This document shows positions 32,401 through 43,917 of a stretch of 64,000 bases of DNA, in pieces. The notes below the pieces were generated by a model. That model was not told the origin of the DNA and searched no databases. It saw only the letters and a program-made list of their open reading frames with translations. Positions within the stretch are counted from its first letter, which is position 1, and each line of letters starts with the position of its first letter. Both the position numbers and the translations under genes were made by a program. This DNA is from Balanoglossus misakiensis (lineage: Eukaryota > Animalia > Hemichordata): positions 8,168,844-8,232,843 of the forward strand of contig CM082588.2 in assembly GCA_040954595.2 (NCBI GenBank). Direction: 5' to 3'.

Positions 32401-35400
32401 TACATTGGGTTGTAGAGACTGCAAAACAGACATCAGATAAAATTAAAACACTGGATGAAGAAACAAATCCAATTCAACATTCAAACAAAAAGGACAAGTT
32501 AATCAATGGTCAACAAATGAGTACATCTGGTACCGGGACTAGAACAAGAAGATACTGCTTTATACTTGCACTCTGCTTGGATGCAAATGAAAGCAGATGG
32601 TTTGAGCATTTCAGCCCCAATATCTGTTTTTTTGCTGATATCCTATAACCACACATGATGTGTTATCCGACTGATACACTATTATTATCAAATGCCAGAC
32701 TCTATTCTTTGCCAATTGCAGCTACCTTAAATATGTTTTTACTTCATGCTAGGGGGTCAAATCACATTATAATATTTGCATTCTGGGTAAAAAGTCGACA
32801 ACTCGTAGTAAGAAGATAGAACTGTAGTAACTTAAGTAAGAGATAGAAGAAATGATAAGTTGACAGTATTTCATGACTTTCTTTGGTCAAAATTTCTGTC
32901 TTTGTAGTCAGCATATTAAACTTATTGATTCACATTTTCACATTTTCTGACACTCAAGATATTAGTAGTCAAGGGTTTAAACAGGTTTTATTGTAGTTGT
33001 AAAATTCTTACTTGATTATAATGTTGGTGAACCTGATGCATTTGCTGCCAGTGTGTCAAATCTTGTGTCCTTGCACCCGAAGAGGAAAATGCATCTCCAG
33101 TCGAACTGCTGTACTGGACAGTGTTTCTGGGTAGAACAGTCCGTCTGTGTGGACTTGTGTGCGTGCTTTGCATTGGATTGTACGTCAACTGAGCTGGCAC
33201 CGGCAGAGTTTTTCTTCCAACGTATCCGTCATTGACGTCGTCTACAGAAGTCTCAACTTGTCTCGCAGGTCCCGGGAGGTAGTATTTGCCGTGTGTTCTT
33301 CTGGGTGCATCGGTGTTCATACGCGTGACGTCCATCGTGTCGTCTGTTTGGAGCACGCTCGCAAACATGTCCCCGTCACATTCTCCTTTGAAGTCGCTCT
33401 CCCAGATTTTGCGGTACGACTCGGTCGATTCGCGACCATCAATCGAAACATGTTGTCCTGGCTGATTTCTTTTCTCCTCACTGTATGCATCTCCGGTATC
33501 CGTTCGTACATTCAGGGCTGATGAATGTCTCGACCGGGTTGGCATATTTGGGTGTACCTGGGCAACAGGTGGGGTTCTCACTGGAACAGAGAATCATTTA
33601 AAGAAATGTTAGTGTCGGATTGTTACAACCTAAGAACATTGTCTTTAGAATTTATGAAAAAAAATAGCGTCAAGGACACTGTGGTCCCATTTGAGGATTA
33701 TGCGGAAACAGTGACACACCAGAATAAAAATTACAGGTGACATTGCAAGCAGATCTGCAAGCAGCAATATCGGGCCCAAGCCAACATAGCACATAGCAAC
33801 ATAGCAATAAGCATATCTGCTCTGGATGCCAAGATATGGAAAAGTAGGTCAAAGGTCACTTGAGGTTATGCAAAATTTGGGCAAGAAATTTTGACCCTAT
33901 ACTGGTCCATGTTCAACAAAAACCAAACCTATAGCCCTATTGGTTAGCCTGGAATTAGGTATGCACATAATTAATGAGATATGCAGGTGTCACAGGTGAC
34001 CCCAAATTTTGGCTTTTCAATTTTAGTCCCAACCCTCCAAACGCCAAGTCTGTACCTGCTCTGGATGCCAAGATATGATAAAGTAGGTCAAAGGTCACCT
34101 GAGGTCATGCAAAATTTGGGCAAGAAATTTTGATCCTATACTGGTCCAGGTTCAACAAAAACAAAACCTATAGCCCTATTGGTTAGCCTGGAATTAGGTA
34201 TGCATATAATTAATGAGATATGCAGGTGTCACAGGTGACCCCCAAATTTGGCTTTTCAATTTTAGTCCCAACCCTCCAAACGCCAAGTCTGTACCTGCTC
34301 TGGATGCCAAGATATGATAAAGTAGGTCAAAGGTCACCTGAGGTCATGCAAAATTTGGGCAAGAAATTTTGACCCTATACTGGTCCATGTTCAACAAGAA
34401 CGAAACCTCTAGCCCTCTTAGTTAGCCCAGAATTAGGTATGCACATAATTAATGTGTTAAGCAGGTGTTACAGGTGAGCCCAAAATTTTGCCTTTTATTT
34501 TGGCCCCATTGTGCTCACTGACCAATAGACTTCACTGTACAGGACTATTGCACAGACCAGAATTCCACGATAAGACGTGGACATAGCTTAACCATAGAGG
34601 TATAAGTAAAGGTATAAATTTAATAAAAAGACTAAAAAATTCATAAAAAATAAAACATCGATGATATTAACTTAACACTTACAGGTCGATGTGAGGTTGA
34701 CATATGGTACATGCATACCAATTTTTAAAGCAATCTGACGAGTAGTTGTTGACTTACAGAGTTTTGATAAATTTCACATTTTTCCAGCTAATTTGCATAT
34801 TTTTGGGCCTGGCAACTTCGTTTGGACAAACTCCCATCTACAGCCCTGCCTGCACCTACACACCAAATATTGAGGTGATACGCGCAGCGGTTTTCAAGTT
34901 TTTGATGTGGACGGACATACAGACATACATCCATACATACATACAGACGCAACCGATCCCATAAGGTCCCATGGTATATATGCCTATACCAATTCTTCGC
35001 TATCAAATGACGTCAGACGCGCTCAGGTGGCAGTTGCGTTCGCATTCAAATTTCCAGATGACGGGCAACTTCAGCAACGTGGACTTACGTGGTGCAGACA
35101 AAGACTGTGCAGACGAAATGCAATGAGGCTGATGAGACAACATACCCGATACATGTTATGTGTTTGGCGGTTCTAAAGTAAAAACATACTCGGAAAAACT
35201 TTTACTGGATGCCGAAATATTGCTTGCCCGTCATCTGGAAATGACTGCGCCATGTGACGCATTGCCAGATCACGTGATTGATAGTAAAGAATGGGACCTA
35301 AAAATTACACTGGTTTTGTTTGAAAAATAGAAGAAAACTGCTGACTCAGCATTTTTCACCAATGGTTTGTGTATGCACAAAAATTTTAACGCAATTTATC

Positions 35401-36513
35401 TGAAAATAGAGCATGGTGACCACATGATTTTATTTGACCAATGAATTTATATTTACTTGACTGAGCTTTGTGTAAAATTTCGTGAAAATGGCAATAGTAG
35501 AAGTTTGTTTTCTAGCAATTATCAATGTAATCCTATGGGGAAAAAGACACATATGGCACTGTTTATCAGTTCTGTGCGTACATCCTTAATTTCAAAGCAA
35601 CCCATTCTATTAAACTGGAATAGTTATACCTGTAAGTGTTTGAGATTCAGAGAATAGAGAAATTCTAGTCTAAATAGTCTTACCATCATTACTTCTTTCC
35701 TTACTAAGGCCAAGCATGTGTCGTTGTTTTGAATTGGCTGTTGGATGTGGTGTAACCCATTCTCCTGGTGGAATTTTCACTTTAGGATCTGAAAAGATGA
35801 AAAGTGAAACATAGGTTCTTACAGAACTGGTGAAGCTGCTTGTCCAATTCCATGTTGACAATAGTCTCCAACCAAAAACTGGCTTCAAATTCATATACAT
35901 TGTTGAATACCAATAAAAAAAACATGGTATCCACTTCATTATGGTACAACGTGTGGTTTTGTCAATTAAAATATCATAAGAGCCTCTACAGCTGCCAAAT
36001 TTCACATATTTTTTCCACAATATATTCCATATCCTCTAAATTCCTGAACATTAAGCCATATTACTTGCATTGGCATCAGTTTGTCATCTCTTGGCGACGC
36101 ATACCACGATAGCTGCGTACTGTTTGTATGGAGGCTGATTAAATGGGTGCGTCACCCGTTTAATATACAGCATGTTCAAATTGCAACATACAGCCACAAT
36201 TAGGCGTCGATGAGATGTTCATGTACATGTATACCTATCAGTAAAGCTTATTTAGATGGACCAATTTAAGTTGAAAAAAAATCATGAAAATAATGCACAA
36301 AGTGGCAGCTCTAGAGGCTTATTGTTTAACCCGTTTACCACCATGGTTCAGTCCAAACCCATTGTTTTCTATTGTTAGGTTGGACCTCTAAAGAGAGAAC
36401 TGGGGGTGAAAGGATTATACAACTCATGATATATACCTACCACTGAGAGGCTGATGATGTTCTCCATGAAGCAATGATTTTGGAAGAGCTGTGGCAGTCG
36501 ATTTCCATGACAT
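26443..36513 (-). CDS. CEP85L: Centrosomal protein of 85 kDa (CEP85/CEP85L co-orthologue), 12 coding exons, 736 aa
   Basis: Exons 36513-36441, 35788-35684, 33580-33012, 32418-32273, 31519-31307, 30790-30700, 30075-29923, 29410-29256, 28675-28537, 28358-28188, 27393-27174, 26618-26443; phase-consistent (2211 nt). Coiled-coil body with LEKYLEDLPT, QRAEGKDPNISMLLG and ISDKYAEDIGDNCITQ*, matching the recalled CEP85/CEP85L C-terminus. A non-coding first exon probably ends at 37750. Confidence 0.93.
26707..27053. mobile_element. TTAA-flanked Kolobok-like MITE, family C
   Basis: TIR AGGGACAAAGTCTCTCTC with TTAA TSD. Copies at 50652-~50997 and 61636-61987; partial copies at ~5982-6080, ~29020-29192, ~53755-53926 and ~59382-59580. 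Confidence 0.9.
27823..28109. mobile_element. piggyBac-like MITE, family D
   Basis: TTAA-CCCTAAYGCT...AGCATTAGGG-TTAA ends. Copies at ~30463-30612 (partial), ~31739-32161 (internal duplication), 55472-55777, ~56770-56819 (partial) and ~58553-58859. Confidence 0.88.
29411..29922 (-). other. U12-type (minor spliceosome) AT-AC intron in CEP85/CEP85L
   Basis: 5' splice site ATATCCTTT at 29922-29914, branch point TCCTTAAC at 29430-29423, terminal AC at 29412-29411; joins ...IEQ|LRQLK... in frame. Confidence 0.92.
33746..35304. mobile_element. Helentron/HINE-like non-autonomous element with an internal 239-bp tandem array and a nested family E MITE
   Basis: Units start at 33817, 34056 and 34295. 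An (ACAT/ACAG/ACGG) microsatellite at ~34908-34948 precedes a terminal hairpin AGGTCCCATGGTATA...TATACC[MITE]..GGGACCT and an A tract. The left border is approximate. Confidence 0.65.
36329..36413. mobile_element. Tiny piggyBac-like MITE family
   Basis: CCCxTTxACCACCATGG...GGGGGTGAAAGG. Related copies at ~9585-9662, ~44810-44860, ~53332-53427 (inverted) and ~61226-61272. Confidence 0.6.
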
Positions 36514-37486
36514 CTTAATTTACAGATAACTTAAATATCCTTGAAAACAATATTCCTGAAAGAATAACAAGAATATGTTCACTGGTAAGACGTTGAATGC
36601 CTTGCTAAATACATATATAATAATTAGTAGGTTGCCATTTTGTTGTTATTCACAATGCTAATACAGTAATGGAATCAACAAGAAATTAGTTGAATCACGG
36701 ACCAATTTTATCATCATACATTATGCAATAACAACAACACCCACAACTGACTCTGTTCCTTGTGGACGGAGAACAATTAACCAATTTAAATTTAGTAGTA
36801 ACAACTGCTGACCTAACACCCGGGTTTAGGCCGATGGACTAGACCCAGCCCCAAAACGCCCATTATATAGGTCAACTTCCAAAAACATGTTAGTGCAAGT
36901 TTATTAACGGTTTAGGCTACACTCTGACCATGTGGTTTGGGAATGTTAAAAGACGTTTAACATAAATGAAATTTGGGAACTGGCGAATTAGTTTTCCTGG
37001 TGTTCTTGCCATTTTGTCATGGAATGATCCGCACAACGCGTTTCCGCTGAGAAAACGTCCACCAATGTGCGACATGCCAGCTGTGAAATACAACCATAAT
37101 AATATTATGGTTCAACGCCAACGTTTTAGATGAAGTTTCGCTCGCGATATCGAACACTCTTGTCACAATAACATAAACTCTTACACCAGAAATGAAAAGT
37201 AGGTACATTACTCTACTTATGAATCATCGATGTCACGATCATTTTATGTGTGCATCTATAATAGACAAGAGCTTCCGATCGCATGTGCCAACACTGCACT
37301 ATCAGTATTTACATAATATTATATTATACCAGTATATTGATGGTGTAAATCACGCTATTTGATTGGTCGAGACACGACACGTGACCGTGATATATTAGCC
37401 ATATACCACAGTCATATATCATAGTTAAAGAAAATGCCTTTTTAAAATGTTTTATGCAAAGTTTCAATATACTGGCATAATATAAT

Positions 37487-37629
37487 AGCAATAAAACACC
37501 CCCAGCCATGGTATACCACTCGATTTTGACCAGTTCAACTCCATATACGCACTCGCTATCGCTCGTGCGTATATGTCGTGAACTGGTCAAAATCTCGTGA
37601 TATACCATGGCTGGGGGTGTTTTATTGCT
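37487..37629. repeat. Near-perfect 143-bp palindrome (foldback MITE) in CEP85 intron 1
   Basis: AGCAATAAAACACCCCCAGCCATGGTATA...TATACCATGGCTGGGGGTGTTTTATTGCT with paired inner arms. Confidence 0.85.
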
Positions 37630-37974
37630 TAAGTAATACACTAACAGTTTGAAGGTTTGCAGACGTTTAAAGTTAACTGCTGTTGTCCTTGGTCGAACGA
37701 ATCGCAGCTGGACAGCTGGCAACATACACTATATAAAATATACACTTACCATACATATAACGCTGAACGATTCTTCATAAAAGTACAGTCTTTCAGTTGT
37801 CCAAGCGGCGAAAACGTAGCTTCCAGTCTTGTTGAACCAGTTGATACAGGTCACCGGAACGTTAGGTCAAAGGTCATCGGAGTAAAGACTGTTAATACTC
37901 GATGTTAATACCCAGGAATCCAAAAAGTTGGGTGACGTTGAGTGACGTAGTAGGCACTGGCTGTCGAAATATAT

Positions 37975-40670
37975 TAGTCTGGTTCCCTGCCCCAATCCCA
38001 CCGCTGGCTGCGCTACGCTAAAGGGAAAGGGGTCAGGTACGGCCCGATTCCACACCCAGAAAGCTGGGTGTGAAATCATAAACCACGTGATCATAAACAA
38101 GATGGATGCCTCCAATGTCCGTACGCCGGTCAAGATTCATCCAGGCAGTTTATTTTGTTTCGTTTGTTGCTTGCTTGCGCCTTCACCTGTCAGCACTATA
38201 CAGTTATATAACCCCCATGAGGACCATATAGGCCGCGAACAAATAGTGCATATGTACCGACATACACATCAGTCGCACATCACGTACACAAGGTCGTTGG
38301 CTGCTTGTTTGCCATAATATTATCCACTACGATAAATTTTTTAGGGTTTATTTTGTCAGCACATTTTCTCTCAAGTGAAATGTTTTCTGCTCTTTTCTTC
38401 TGGAATCTTGCCAGATCAGATTGAAGTGTTAGGTCCCTGTCAACTAAGTCAATTGTGGGGTTTGCGAAATTGAGTCTTGAGTGTACACCCCCTCCCCGTT
38501 GCAATATTTAGACTAAATTCTCCGGAGACTACATCAACCAAATTTGATAATAGAGAGGTTTGCTCTGAAACAACACTTGTTGCATAAACGTACATTGTTC
38601 AGCAAACTGTGCACTTACGGCTCTCGTCACAACATCAAGAGGGTTATAAAGCTAATCTGCAAATCTGTAAATTTAGGTCATGGACCAGTGAATGTTCAAA
38701 GTGCATAGGTGATGTTTACAGTATACACATGCAAACAAAAGATGTTGGCTAAGGAAAGTCGTGTCGCCAAACCTATCCACCAAACCTTGTTCAAACGTGA
38801 GCGTATGAAATAGCTTGTCATTTCTCAACAGTGAGACTTGATAGCTGAACAATCGTTTATAGGTCAACGAAGCACGGTTTATCACGTGCAAATGGTCTTG
38901 GAAAGCCAAGTCTTTCGTCTTGAGTCTTTCTTAACCGGACTTAAAGAAATGTGAAAACTCGACATGCGAGTGGTATGGTATAACATATCTGATGTTTGCT
39001 TCAGAGGCACTGCACACCGCCTCTCAGGTGAAATTTAAAGAAATATTCACAAGTTTTTTTTCACGTGTCGTTTTATCTGGGCACGTTAGGGACCGTTCAG
39101 TTTTTACGGCCGGGGGGGGGCCGGCAAAATCCAGGGGGGGGGTCACTTGAATTTTGAAGTCCAAAAGGGGGGGGGGTCATCTGGGTTTTTTTAAACGTTT
39201 AGGGGGGGGTCACATACTTTTGCCACCAAACTTTTGCTTTTGAGTCCACAAAATTGCAGTTTCGCGCCCTTTATTTTACAAAATTTTCTAATGTGGGAGG
39301 GGGACACCCCCTCCCACACCCACCCCCTACATTCTTTGCAACATATCGATTTTTGTTGGTTTGACTATTCTACCAGGGCAGAGTGCTTGCCACCCCAAAC
39401 CCACTGATGATAATATTTAACAAAGTTAATACATAAAGGAGAATAAACGTTTAAACCATTTTGCATAACTGATAGTTTCGTGCTGCATCTTCTATATGCT
39501 GGAAGTTTTATAAATGATGTCCTGACGAAGATGACGCCAAATCTTCTAACTTTGAATGGAATGGCAAAAAATAAAATTGGTCCTCCCAAACATTGAGATG
39601 AATTTGCTTTTGAGTTCATAAAAATGCAACTTTGAGCTACATATTTTACAAAATTTTCTTATGTGGGAGGGGGACACCCCCTCCCACTCCCTACATTCTA
39701 TGCAACATATCATTTATCCGCTGGTTTGTCTAGTGTACCAGGGCAGACTTATTCCCACCCCACCCCTATGCTTACTTTGAGTGGAGTGGCAAAATCAAAA
39801 TTCGTCCTGCCTAACATTGACTTTATTTGCTTTTGAGTTCATTAAAATGCAACTTTGAGCACCGTATTTTACAAAATTTTCTTATGTGCGAGGGAGACAC
39901 CCCCTCCCACGCCCACCCCCGCCACTTTTCTTGTTTTACCAATTCTAGCAACTATTGTATTGACTTGTCATTTTATTTTGTTCATAGATTTCTTTATTAC
40001 AACAATATTATTAAATAATTCAAATACTTTAAGAAATTTATAATTGAGGGGTGAGGAGCCCCATTCCCTTTATTGCATATAGTGTATACATAGGATCAGG
40101 ACGGCGAATGTTTTCGGCGTGGGGGGGGGGGGTCATCATATTTTTGGGTCTGTCAAAGGGGGGGGTCATCATTTTTTTGGGCTGGGTGAAGGGGGGGTCG
40201 GCCTGATTTTGAAAACCGATGACACAAACTTGCCGGCCCCCCCCCCTGCCGTAAAAACTGAACGGTCCCTTATCAGTCACGACCTGCAGCCGACCTAGTC
40301 TGGTTCCCTGCCCCAATCCCACCGCTGGCTGCGCTACGCTAAAGGGAAAGGGGTCAGGTACGGCCCGATTTCACACCCAGAAACCTGGGTGTGAAACAAG
40401 ATGGATGCCTCCAATGTCCGTATGCCAGTCAAGATTCATCCAGGCAGTTTATTTTGTTTCGTTTGTTGTAAAGTTGGAAATCGAATGATAAACATTCATG
40501 GAGGTGAAGGAGAGAACGGGAAATGAGTATCTTACAACAACTTATCAATTTAACAACTTAATTTTCGTATGTATTGACCAATGAGAGCCATGTTTACAAT
40601 AGGCCGTGCCTGACCCTTTCCCTTTAGCGTAGCGCAGCCAGCGGTGGGATTGGGGCAGGGAACCAGACTA
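37975..40670. mobile_element. Composite non-autonomous AcademH-like DNA transposon
   Basis: ~70-bp TIR TAGTCTGGTTCCCTGCCCCAATCCC... / ...GGGAACCAGACTA. 9-bp TSD GAAATATAT at 37966-37974 and 40671-40679. A second left end lies at 40296. Confidence 0.8.
39089..40269. mobile_element. PIF/Harbinger non-autonomous element nested in the composite
   Basis: TIR GGGACCGTTCAGTTTTTACGGC / GCCGTAAAAACTGAACGGTCCC with TTA TSD on both sides; three internal related subrepeats (TTTTACAAAATTTTCT..GACACCCCCTCCCAC). Confidence 0.88.
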
Positions 40671-40778
40671 GAAATATATTCGCTGTACACACACACGTGA
40701 CTTGAGCACCCCTAACCAGCTAACTATTGATTGTGTCTCCACTGCGCATGTCTTTTTACCTCAGATATGAATGTACAC

Positions 40779-40859
40779 TAGTCTCGGTTACCCAGACGCC
40801 TTTGCTCTTCATCGCCGATGCTCTCCAGAAAAGCAAAGGCGTCTGGGTAACCGAGACTA
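40779..40859. mobile_element. 81-bp TAG...CTA hairpin MITE (Academ-like)
   Basis: TAGTCTCGGTTACCCAGACGCCTTTGCT / AGCAAAGGCGTCTGGGTAACCGAGACTA form a perfect 28-bp stem. Confidence 0.75.
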
Positions 40860-43342
40860 TAATAAAATCATATGACCAGCATGCTTTTTGAAAGAGGTGG
40901 CGATCTCCGATCTTCTGGCACTGTATGGAAAGCACTAGCAGATTCGTATCCTAGTACTTTTTACTAGCCAAATGCAGAATACAGTCTGGACTTGTCATGC
41001 TACTGGAGCTTATACGTCAGTCAGCTGCAGCCTCAGGTGTAGCTGCTCGAGGATTTGGCAGTGTGAGTCTAGTATGGCAAGCAACAATCATGTCAACGAA
41101 CAGGTCAGTATATTGTTCGTGTGGCAATTTTAAGCGATATTTAGGGAGTCGTCATAATTATTTACGGCCAACGTTCATGAAAATCAGGTTGATTTTTTCA
41201 ACATCTCTGTTCTCTTTCTTGTTTTGCTAAAAATCCCGGCGGAGTGTTGTTCCGATGCCTGTGTTCTAACTACGCGCTGTCAACTACGGTGCGACCTGTA
41301 GTCAAACCCTAAATTCTAGCTCTGCGTGGCAGCGATGCTTCCACACCACACAACCCTGCCACACAGAGCTACCTAAATTCCAACCATAACCTCTATTTAA
41401 GTCTGTGGAGAACTACATGTATGTTTATTTGTTATGGGAAGTTAGTATTAGTGCAGTATGTGTTGGCTGCAATTGTAGTCTTGATGGGCGGCTGTTGCAT
41501 GTTGCAGGGGGTATGTGTATATACATCTACCTCAGCGGTATGGATTGCCTGATGTTCACATTAAAACAAAACTAGGTAGAAAAGCCGAAATGAAATTAAA
41601 ATCTACTATTAGTAACCAGTGTTATCTGTTTTGGCTTTACAGCTAATTTTGAAGTATTAACTGGTGCTGCATGCTGGAGCCTATTAACTATGCCCGTCAC
41701 GTCGAGGTCATTTAAATAGGGATTGCAACTTCAGCATGAGTGCGGTATGCAGCTTAAACACATGTGTGGAGTTAAGGTACGTGGTAAAACCTATTATTAA
41801 AGGTCGGCTACATTACTGTGTGCTGGGGGTTCCAGAGTACTAGTGTAAATATAGATTTCTGCGCTGCTTCGTTTCATCTGTTGCCAGTTGTTCAGGTGAG
41901 TTTTAGCTTGTTTCTTTAATTAATGTTCCAACAGTTTATGTGGAAAATGCTGCAAATTTGTCTGAATCATTTGAGCAATATACTAGTATGTTGTAATTTT
42001 TTATCCGAATCGTGTTTTAATGTCAGTCAGATTTTTTAAATTCAGAAGTCTGACTTGCATACGCCTTGTGTATGGAAATATATATATACCCAAAGCTGGC
42101 AATTTCTGAAAAGTGCTATTTTCTGTTTATTATACTTATTTACTTTTTCCGACCAACATTTGCATTGTATGCTTTGCACTGACAATTTCGAAAGAATGTA
42201 TTGAAAGTTCATTTATGTCAGATTCAAAAGAAATGTGTTGAAGAAGTCAATTTACTGAATCTATGTTTAAGAATTTTGAGGTAAAACTCGTGAAATGTCT
42301 GAAATTTTATGCAAGATCAATTTACATATTCATCTATGACAAGTTCATCGACAACAAGTTCAAATTTGTGCTGAAATTATCTCATTTTTAATACAATACA
42401 ATGCAATTCTTAGTCTTCTATTTTTACACTGCAGTTATGGCACTTTGTTGTTAAAAATATGTGATATTTGTGTTGGTGAAAATTCATAAATAAATTAATG
42501 TTGGGCTATACTTGTATGTTTTTGAAAATTCTTAGAATTTCTTTCTAGAAGCAAAAAGTACTGTCAGAAAGTACAAATGGTGAAGCGGATGAATAAATAC
42601 ATAAATTATGCAAATATTCCTGTTACAAGTTAGTTAATATTTATTAGGGTAGTTTCGTTGGCCACAGGCTACATCAAACACAAGTTTACCATCACATGAA
42701 ACTCTGTTCATACTTTACTTTTTCAAGTGTTTTATTGTCACCCAAAAGTTACTTCTTGACATATTGCATTTTGAATTAGTTTGCAAGTTTTTTTGGTATA
42801 TTTCGTGTTGTGTTTTTCATTTTGAGCTGATATCTGGCATTTTCTATTTTTGCCAAATTTGCTGCCTCTTCTGTTATTGTGTCTTGAATGATCCTGTACA
42901 GACTCAGTGTGGTCATAGATTTTGTTGAAGATATTCTCAAGGGGGACACCCACGCAGCGCGACAACCCCTTCCCTTGCGTGCTAGAGTAGGCACCTCATT
43001 CATAACACTGTAGCCCCACTCCCCAGTTGACACAAACCAGCATAGGAGTGGTACCCCAGTAGAGCTATGGACCCATAAGTAGGTAGACAGGTGCTTGTTG
43101 TGCATACTGTTTAGTAGATCATGTTCCATGGAATTAATATATGACAATCAATTTTTTATGTGTTTGATGTTTTTTTCTGTCATTGATTTCAACCAGAGGA
43201 ATGAGTGTGTCAGTGCTGGAAATTGTTTCTAAGCTTGCAAAAATGTACATATTCTGCAATCCATCAATCTTGCAGCTTTTATGAAACATTGCATACTTAT
43301 GTTTATTTTCAAGTGTACGTGTGAGACCGCCCTAATCTTAAG

Positions 43343-43917
43343 ATGGCAAGCAAAGCACACAGGTATGTTGAAGACAATATGAATGTTGGCACAGATGCAG
43401 TGCACTTCTCGACTCCGGACCCCTTTTGGACATTTGTACTGAAATTGTGTCGTCATATCACAGAAGGTAAGATACATTTGAATATGCAGATACTTTCTCT
43501 AATCCATATGGTAATTTCTTACCCGCATATGAAGTTTAAGAAGAAACAGTGAATATTTTCATAATGATATAATATAAATACATAGATTCCATGGAATTTT
43601 AATTTCTTGGAGAAAGAACATAGTTCTTTATAATGGAACAGATGATTGTGATGAAGGTGCCATCTTTCTCATTAATACTTTCTTTCTTTTCCTTTTCGTC
43701 ACTAGAACCATTTGATGAGCTGAAATTCCTGTGTTATGCGGGTGATAAGCCTATCCTGCCGGCCAATCGGTGTCAGAAAATGCGCTATCCATGGGAATTG
43801 TTCAAGGCTCTGCATGATATGGGGCACTTCAGTGAAACTGACAGGGGACTTGGTGTAAAGCTGCTGAAGGATGTCAATCTCAAGGTTCTGGCAGATAAAC
43901 TTGTGAAGTGGCGTTAG
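43343..43917 (+). CDS. Small death-effector-domain (DED)-only protein, 111 aa, two coding exons
   Basis: Exons 43343-43466 (AAGATGG Kozak, donor AAG|GTAAGA) and 43706-43917 (long pyrimidine tract plus TAG acceptor), phase 1 matched. DPFWTFVLKLCRHITEEPFDELKFLC...WELFKALHDMGHFS...VKLLKDVNLKVLADKL aligns by eye with the FADD DED (DPFLVLL...ELKFLC...LDLFSML...RELLASLRRHDLL). Candidate upstream exon donors after 41103 and 41895. Confidence 0.7.

Noticed and set aside
33817-34500. Regularly spaced repeats as a possible CRISPR array
   Set aside because: Units are contiguous 239-bp tandem copies with no unique spacers, in a eukaryotic intron with no cas genes.
39521-39550. CTGACGA followed by a small hairpin as a third hammerhead
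   Set aside because: No GAAA...UH after the stem, so the core is incomplete.
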